A DNA stretch of 64,000 nt from Octopus vulgaris. Lineage: Eukaryota. A program made the position numbers and the translations under genes. Within the stretch, counting starts at the first letter, position 1; each line of letters opens with the position of its first letter. The DNA lies in the NCBI GenBank assembly GCA_951406725.2, contig OX597818.1, positions 43,834,001 to 43,898,000 of the forward strand, read 5' to 3'. The notes beneath the pieces were generated by a model. The model did no database searches, was not told the origin of the DNA, and saw only the letters and a list, made by a program, of their open reading frames with translations. This document shows, piece after piece, positions 56,677-64,000 of the stretch.

Positions 56677-57510
56677 ATGGGGGACTGGAAGCCATCTGAA
56701 TATTGGAAAAGTTACCTGTATTGTGACGATTCACACCAGGTTTCAGAATACTGGCATCATGACTGCTGCTCAATGCTCTGTGAAGGCAGTAAGATGTGAT
56801 ATGGATAGCTGCAATGGAAACTAAGAAACTGTAGCCAGCAGGAAGGGACACAGTAGGCATTCTGGCTGTGTCCGCATGCTGAAATTCATCCAACTACTGT
56901 AGGACAAGGTGCTTGGAAGATCCAAGCAAGGGAATCTGGCTTTTGACTAGAAAGATGAGTGATGGAGTCACAACCATTGAAGCTGGCTCTGAATGAGGAT
57001 CTTTGTCACTACTCAAAAAAGAGATGCAGGAAACAAATTCTGACAGCCAAAGCCAAGGAGAACCACTTGACAAAGGCCAAGAAGCTCTTGAACAAGTGAG
57101 GCATCCTGTTGAGCCAGGGATGATCTGGTTCCTTTAAGACGAAAAGAACTTCTGCTAGGGTCAGTTGCACAACAGGTAGCTTACCTACAATCCATGTGAT
57201 GTTCCCATAACAAGAAAACCAAGTTCCCTCTAAACTGTGATGGTCTTTAGATATGTCTCCAGTGAGGGTGATGCCAAGTCACATGACATTTTTGAACAGA
57301 GTCTTAGGCTCGATTCAGACAGCTATATGAAGGTGCTGGAGACTTTGGTTAAAACCTAGCTGAAGAGGGTTGCTGCTGGAAGGCCATATACGTAACAATA
57401 CGATTTGGCTTCCACTATAACTCTGGAAAGAATCAGAAGTGGTTGTTGGAGAATTTCTATGACTTCATTAGCACCAATTTCTAGCCTTCCAATTCCTTTA
57501 ATTGTAATTC
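56677..57510 (+). mobile_element. Decayed Tc1/mariner (maT, DD37D-like) transposase pseudogene
   Basis: Pieces DEKNFC, TVMVFRYVSSEGD, YMKVLETLVK, RVAAGRPY, QKWLLENF and PSNSFNCN, with stops and frameshifts. Confidence 0.8.
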
Positions 57511-57521
57511 CAAGATCTTCC

Positions 57522-57618
57522 CAGTACATGTGGTTACATTGCTGAAGTATATAGGATTCAATGACAGGTATGTGTGTAACTTATGCCGCATGGAATTGTG
57601 TGAAATCCTACAATGTTT
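57522..57618 (+). ncRNA. Candidate structured small RNA, copy 1
   Basis: Direct paralog of 58884-58979; two hairpins with pairing-preserving differences. Confidence 0.35.
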
Positions 57619-58310
57619 GGGTGAGGTTCTTAACAAATCAAATGAACTTGAAATAAAATGCCCACATTGCACTAGGAGCACATTTTTGTATTTCAAACCC
57701 TTGGTCTAGTTTAATTCTGGGTATTGTACCCTATTTAAATTCTTACATCATGAATATTTATATTTGATAATTAAGTTCTTGTCTCATGTGTAATAGCTTA
57801 GGTAATCTATTATCACCATAGTGACTAGAATTAATCCAATTACCCAGGCTCATATAGGTAATAAACAATATAGCTTAATATAAAACATTTGGCTATTATT
57901 CAAATATTGGAAATCTTCATAATAACTGCATCATTCACATCTAATTACTGAATATATACCTTTTTATTGTACTATGCTCTCCTATTTAGCCACATTATAT
58001 TGATCAATAATTAGATATTAAGTATTTATTATTAGGTATATTAATTTTACTATTTAGGTATTTATATTTGCTAATCTTATACCGCTCTTTCTTTTCTATA
58101 TTTTGCACTGGTGATTACTTTTTGAATGACTATATAAAATATCTATCTATCTATATATATAGAGAGAGAGTTTATGAGAGGTAATAGTGTCATTGAGACC
58201 CAAAGGTGTCAAGTAATGCTGAATAAGTGCTATAGATAGACCATAGTTAAGTTCCAGTTTCGGTGATTATGCAAATAAGGGGTTCAACATTGGTCATATG
58301 TCAGCATGTG

Positions 58311-58479
58311 TATATAAAAATTTTTTCGTAATGAGATAAAAAACCAAGGCTGTGTAGATCCTCTCACACCGTCTCCGATGAAGGGATATAACAAATATCC
58401 TGGAAACAGCTGTAAGACCTTCTATCTATAAATGTTCTAAAATCTACACAGCCTTGGTTTTTTTATCTCATTACGAAAA

Positions 58480-58491
<12 letters not shown>
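58311..58491. repeat. ~48-bp inverted repeat enclosing a hammerhead-like core
   Basis: AAAAATTTTTTCGTAATGAGATAAAAAACCAAGGCTGTGTAGAT and its reverse complement at 58442-58491. Confidence 0.9.
58371..58418 (+). ncRNA. Minimal type I hammerhead-ribozyme-like motif (Penelope-associated type)
   Basis: Stem I GTCT/AGAC; core CCGATGA; stem II GGGATAT/ATATCCT; GAAA; palindromic stem III ACAGCTGT; GUA triplet. Confidence 0.6.
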
Positions 58492-58510
<19 letters not shown>

Positions 58511-58512
58511 CT

Positions 58513-58749
58513 CATCACCATCGTTTAGTGTCCACTTTCCATGCTAGCATGGGTTGGACGGTTCAACTGGGGTTTGGGAAGCCAGAAGGCTGCACCAGGC
58601 CCAGTCTGATCTGGCAATGTTTCTACGGCTGGATGCCCTTCCTAATGCCAACCACTCCGTGAGTGTAGTGGGTGCTTTAACGTGCCACAGGCACAGGTCC
58701 AGACGAGGCTGGCAAACGGCCACGATTGGATGGTGCTTTTTACGTGCCA
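58513..58749 (-). mobile_element. Repeat family B
   Basis: Same consensus. Confidence 0.85.
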
Positions 58750-58883
58750 TATATATATATATATATACACACACATACAAAGTATGGGAGTGTAGTTCAC
58801 AGGTGATCTAAATGATTAGGTACACTAGGTAAGTGTTGGAAAGGAGAAAGGGAAAAGTCCAAAGAAGGAAAAGAAATTGCCAA

Positions 58884-58979
58884 CAGCAGATGTGGTTACA
58901 TTGCTGAAGTATATAGGATTCAATGATAGGTATGGGTGTAATCTATGCTCATGGAATTGTGTGAAATCCTACAATGTTT
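58884..58979 (+). ncRNA. Candidate structured small RNA, copy 2
   Basis: CAGCA..TGCTG hairpin, then TAGGATT...AATCCTA hairpin with upper stem TATGGGTGTA/TATGCTCATG, ending ACA. Confidence 0.35.
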
Positions 58980-59030
58980 AGGAAACAGATTATTAGGGCT
59001 CCGAGGTTATAGCTGAGACGGTAGTGATGG

Positions 59031-59264
59031 AGGCAGTGAGCTGGCAGAAACATTAGCGTGCCAGGCGAAATGCGTAGCCGTATTTCGTCTACTGTTACGT
59101 TGTGAGTTCAAATTCCGCCGAGGTCGACTTTGCCTTTCATCCTTTCGGGGTCGATAAATTAAGTACCAGTTACGCACTGGGGGTCGATGTAATCGACTTA
59201 ATACCTATGTCTGTCTTTGTTTGTCCCCTCTGTGTTTAGCCCCTTGTGGTCAATAAAGAAATAG
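59031..59264 (+). mobile_element. SINE family C
   Basis: Same consensus; flanked by a direct GGTAGTGATGGAG duplication. Confidence 0.85.
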
Positions 59265-59302
59265 GTAGTGATGGAGCCATTGCAGATTTCTGATACAGCA
59301 GA

Positions 59303-59490
59303 TATATAATTGTTAAAGAGGACAACAAATATTAAAGCAAGGTGAACATCTCAAGTCATAAATGTTATTATTATTGGAAAAAAAAATGTGTATGACTTGA
59401 GATATCTGCCTTGCCTTAGCATTTGTTGTCCTCTTTAACAATTGTTATATATATAACAATTGTTAGAGAGGACAACAAATGTTAAGGCAA
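59303..59490. repeat. Triple alternating inverted repeat (foldback) next to the second hammerhead-like motif
   Basis: AATTGTTAAAGAGGACAACAAAT... (+), its reverse complement (~59392-59450), then again (+). Confidence 0.8.
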
Positions 59491-59517
59491 CTATGACTTA
59501 ATTTTTCCTCTCACCCC

Positions 59518-59569
59518 GTCTCCGATGAAGGAATATTATTAATTAATATCCCAGAAACAGCTGTAAGAC
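59518..59569 (+). ncRNA. Second hammerhead-like motif
   Basis: GTCT-CCGATGA-stem II (different loop)-GAAACAGCTGTA-AGAC; core identical to 58371-58418. Confidence 0.55.
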
Positions 59570-60099
59570 CTTCTATCATCAAACTTACTTGCTAATTTAT
59601 GTTCCAGACACCAGCTTCATAACAACAAAGTTATTTTACTAAATTCTTCATTATTTTCCACATCGAATGAATACATTCAACAAATACATTTCAACAGAAA
59701 TATTGTCATAAAAAGGTTAAAGAAATAAAACAACAACAAAATTTTGTCTTTGAAGATCAACAATTTTGTGAATATACAGTTTTCTTTAATTCAAAGATAA
59801 CTTGCTTCAGATTTTACAGAGAAAATTGTGATAGATATCTACCACAAGGGAATAGCCATTGATCTTTGAACCTTCCAATGGAATATAAAGAATATGAAAT
59901 AATAAATTAAAAAAAAATAATTAATCTTCAAATTAGTTACATAGTTAAAAGATGCTTGTGAGGCAGCACAAGGAAAGTTAGGGTTAGATTTAAGGATATA
60001 CTAAGTCTACCTTTACAGTGAGGTGAAATGAATTACTGAGGCACTGAGTTTATAACCCCTGAAAAATACAATGGAAACATTGTTTGAAATAGTCAAGAA

Positions 60100-62220
60100 A
60101 TTTATTCTTGTGAGGGCATATTAGATTCCAACACTCTGAACATGGTTTAATGAGAGGAGTTTTGAATAGTTGTTATTATCATCAGAGAGTTAATATCATT
60201 GACTTGGTTTTTGCTGATAGAGTTGTAGGTATTATGTAACTAAACCTAACATCTTGCTATCAAAACCATTTTGTTGTGTTTTAAATTTAGACAAATAAAT
60301 ATGAATGATGATGAAGTAATTTTGGGTTTTATAAACCTCAAACAACTTTCTAATCAGAAACCTCAAATATTCTGCTTACTTAAATTATAATTATTAGAGC
60401 AAAACAAGAAATCCTATGAAAATAATGATGTAATCAGATATGTATAGATAAATGAAAAACTATAATTGGTTATTATTTTGGGTAGAGGGCTGAAAGTATA
60501 TTTATATCAAGAAAGCTTGGTTTAAAATTTGTATTTACTGCCATTGTGCATTGAAGAAGGTTACAGAGCAAAAGGCTGAAGGCAACATTTGCAGGGACAA
60601 TAAACAGCAATGTTTTGTTCTGGTCTGCTCACAGAAGCTTTTCATCTTATATTTCAATGAAATTAGAAAAAATTCAAAATTGAATCTTCTCAGATATTTG
60701 CATTGACTGAAAGCCCCCAGAAACCCAATTTCATCACTAAACAACAATAAAATATTTTAGAGCTTAACATCTTGTAAGTAAATAAATATATACAGCATTT
60801 TGGTCTTGGAGAAAAACTGACCAAAATGCTTGGGCACAGATTTAAGCAGAGATGAATATTATATATATATATATATGCGCACATACATAGTTACATACAT
60901 GTGTATGTATGTATATATATATTACAGTGCAAATAGACAACAGAAATGTGTATATATGACACATTTAGTATGGAAACCATGTTTGAAAATCCAGTTAGAG
61001 CTTGGAAAATGTAAGAGCAATTGTTTTCCTTTAATCATCTTTGAGGGGTGCATTTCATCAATCAGACACATTCTGTTTATCACTGTTAAAAATCATTAAA
61101 AATCAGTGTGGATGAATGATAGCATCCAGTTAAGCCATGTTTAAAATGGATCTTCTGTCTATGTTATTGAGCATTTGTGTTTGTAACTCAATTAAAAAAT
61201 AGTGATTAACTATTTAAAACTAACAAATAAATATTGAAGATTTAAAGAAAAAAAAAAGGTTTTGATGAAATATAAGAAATTCCAAGAAATGATAATGAAG
61301 GCAAAGATATATTTTCAAATTTAGTAGATTTTAGAATAGGATCTATCTAAAATCAGATAAACTAATAAAGGAACTTCATCTATTTTGTGAGAAAAGGAAT
61401 TAGTACAATTAGGATTTTAAAGTAAGTACACCACTAATCCCCACAAAGGATCCAACACATACATACTTGAGAAAGAGAAAAGGGATAAGAAAGTTCCAAT
61501 AATTGCTTATATGTAAGGTATATGAATGAACCTGAAATTTATCACAGTGAACTAAACTTTCTCTTAATCCCTTCTCTATACACAAGTTCAACATGAAAAA
61601 CTATTTCTATTTACTTCAGTGCATACTGACAAGAAAAATATTTGTTTGTTTGTTTGTGTGTGTGTGTGTGTGTGTACATGCACCAGGAAATTGGGTTTGA
61701 CAATAGGAGGCACGTTAAAAATAACATTTTTTTGTTGTTGTTGTTTAGTAAAAATAATCTTTACTACAATAAGTAAACGTTGGAATATCGAAAATGTTAA
61801 AGAAGAAAGAACACTTTGAATGTTAGCAAATAAACTCAAAGAGAAGAGGCTTTAATTTGCTACGTATTATAACCATTAACCATTCACACAGACAGATCTA
61901 TCAAGTCTTATTACTATAATTACTACAAATAACAGCAGAGGAGTAAACAAGACTCAAGTTTCTAGAAAACTGAAGAGTGCACTAGGTATTAACTAAACAG
62001 ACACAGAACTAGAATATATAGGCTAATCCTCACAGACTGTCTGGGATGAATTTCAAACATTAATGAAATAAGGAGTAGAAGCCAGTTTTTAGAAAGCAAC
62101 TATGAAGAGCAAGTCAAAATTTCTTATGATTTTCTAATTCAACATTTACAAAACCAATTTTTCAATTTGTATCTTAAATTAGTACCAAATAATCACAAAA
62201 AAAATAATGATGATGGTGAT

Positions 62221-62267
<47 letters not shown>

Positions 62268-63360
62268 TCAATAGTATTTTATTTTTACATCAACGACTTT
62301 TGTCTTCTTTCCATGAAAGAAACCAAATTAGTTGAGCAGTAACTTGGAAGATATTAAAATTTTTAACAACAGGAGCTGAAGCTGTTATATAGGTAACTGA
62401 ATAACATGAAACCAAATCGTAGTAAATTAATGTTAGTACTATTCTAAAAATCGTTACTGTTTATCTTGTAAAAAAAAAAACAACAACTTACCAATTGGTG
62501 ATTTAATTTAGTGAGCAAAATAAAAATTCAAAAATTTAAATACATGACCCTATAAACAGCAACATATATATATATTATATATATATATAATTAGCAATCA
62601 TTGTGGTTATATAGGAAAATTAAATAAAATTAAGAAAAAATTTTCCTTGGTTGGAATGGAAGGGTGATGTGAAGGGCTGTGCAAATAACCTGATAAAATA
62701 TTAGCTTGGGATAAATTTCATATAAATATAACAGGAGCCCTCAATAAAAGTATTTACTAAAATTTGAATTCTTCTACAAAAAAAAAAAAAAGAAAAAGAA
62801 AGAAAAGAAAAGCCAAAGATAAAACTCTTGATTGAATTTCATATTTTTTTAACAGCAACACAGAATCAACTAGAAGGTAAAGTTTATTAAAAAAAAAAAA
62901 AAAAAATTAACAAGATTGTTGTCATCTTGTCATAAATTTTAGTAATATTTTAATTTGAAATCTTTTACTTTTCTGTAATCTTTTTGTGGTGAAAATAGTA
63001 GCTCTTGAGGCAATTTAACAATGAAACAACTGTGAGGTTGCTGTATTTTCCAGGCCTGTCACTTCAACCGCACAATATCTCAACCATATTTGTAAAAATG
63101 AAAAAGGCCATTTAATGTTGTTTTTTTTTCTTTTTAACATCTATACTTATTATCATGAAAATTAAATACAAACAATGTATGCACTTTGGCTGGTTGTGAC
63201 ACCTTCTGTGGACTTCAGATACCATACAAAGTTTGATTGTATAGACACACTTCAGTAACTGAATTTTCACCAAATCCACTTAATATTGTTTAAAGCATAT
63301 TGAAGGCTAGAAAAGATTAGTATAACTTTGTCAAAATGTTGTTACTGAACTGGACTTTCT
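60100..63360 (-). other. Probable long 3' UTR of the minus-strand gene
   Basis: No recognisable SINE/LINE/MITE over ~3 kb in an otherwise TE-dense region; follows the acceptor; minus-strand AATAAA at 60101-60106. The end point is uncertain. Confidence 0.4.
62221..62263. repeat. (TAA)n microsatellite
   Basis: About 13 consecutive TAA units. Confidence 0.95.
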
Positions 63361-63375
63361 TCATAAAATGGTACA
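63361..63375 (-). CDS. Coding part of probable terminal exon of a convergent gene (phase 0 reads CTIL*, a CaaX box; phase 2 would read VPFYEESPVQ*)
   Basis: Minus strand shows a ~40-nt pyrimidine tract and CAG (63378-63376), then TGT ACC ATT TTA TGA, followed by ~3 kb of TE-poor UTR-like sequence. Confidence 0.5.
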   Translation of the reverse strand, partial: CTIL

Positions 63376-64000
63376 CTGAAAAAAAAGAGAAAAAAAGAAA
63401 AAAGAAAAGATGAAAATAGTAAAATGATATTTGGTATTAAAATTATTGACTCGGATAAAATTTACCAAAGTTATCTACAATTTTTAATCAGAAAACAAAA
63501 ACTGCAAACATTACAGTACATATTGACTGGTTAGCTCATCTTTAACATTTTATTTTATTATTATACTCTTTACTCTTTTACTTGTTTCAGTCATTTGACT
63601 GTGGCCATGCTAGAGCACCGCCTTTAGTCGAGCAAATCGACCCCAGGATTTATTCTTTGTAAGCCTAGTACTTATGCTATTTGTAACACAGCCACTCCTA
63701 TGCCTATATTTTTTGAAAGTTGGTGAGCAGGCAGAATTGTTAGCATGCTGGATGAAATGCTTAGTGGTATTTCGCCTGTCACAGTGATGTGAGTTCAAAG
63801 TCTGCCTAGGTCAACTTTACTTTTCATCCTTTCGGGCGTTGATAAATTAAATACCAGTAAAACACTGGGATTGATGTAATCGATTATCCCCCTCCCCCCA
63901 AATTTCAGACCTTGTGCCTATAGTCGAAAGGATTATATACTTTTTGACTGTGGCTTAGTGGTTAGGGCATTCGGCTCACGATCGTAAGGTCGTGAGTTCA

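Noticed and set aside
56310-56893. Overlapping 129-aa and 127-aa ORFs
   Set aside because: They span a repeat tail, a (TG)n tract and the antisense of the decayed mariner-family transposase.

Overview
AT-rich, intron- and repeat-dense animal DNA. The SINE/LINE families point to a coleoid cephalopod, probably Octopus (inferred). Bases 1-29196 (+) hold the 3' part of a CKAP5/ch-TOG/XMAP215 microtubule-polymerase gene: 19 GT-AG exons that I joined in frame by hand (TOG5, the cryptic TOG6 region and the C-terminal LKMRLDRIK motif), plus a candidate 15-nt symmetric microexon. Bases ~30.3-60 kb are intergenic and full of tRNA-derived SINEs, RTE and CR1 LINE ends, Penelope-like fragments, piggyBac/Tc1/mariner relics and MITEs. 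Around 60-63.4 kb lies a TE-poor stretch that ends in a strong minus-strand splice acceptor. This is probably the last exon and 3' UTR of a convergent gene, possibly encoding only a CaaX box (CTIL*). Most notable: a duplicated ~97-nt structured RNA-like element with compensatory changes (57.5 and 58.9 kb), two minimal hammerhead-like ribozyme motifs, the microexon with RBFOX/QKI motifs, and a piggyBac-type MITE flanked by a 61-bp direct duplication. Almost all supplied ORFs are repeat-derived noise. Repeat boundaries are approximate and no database searches were possible.
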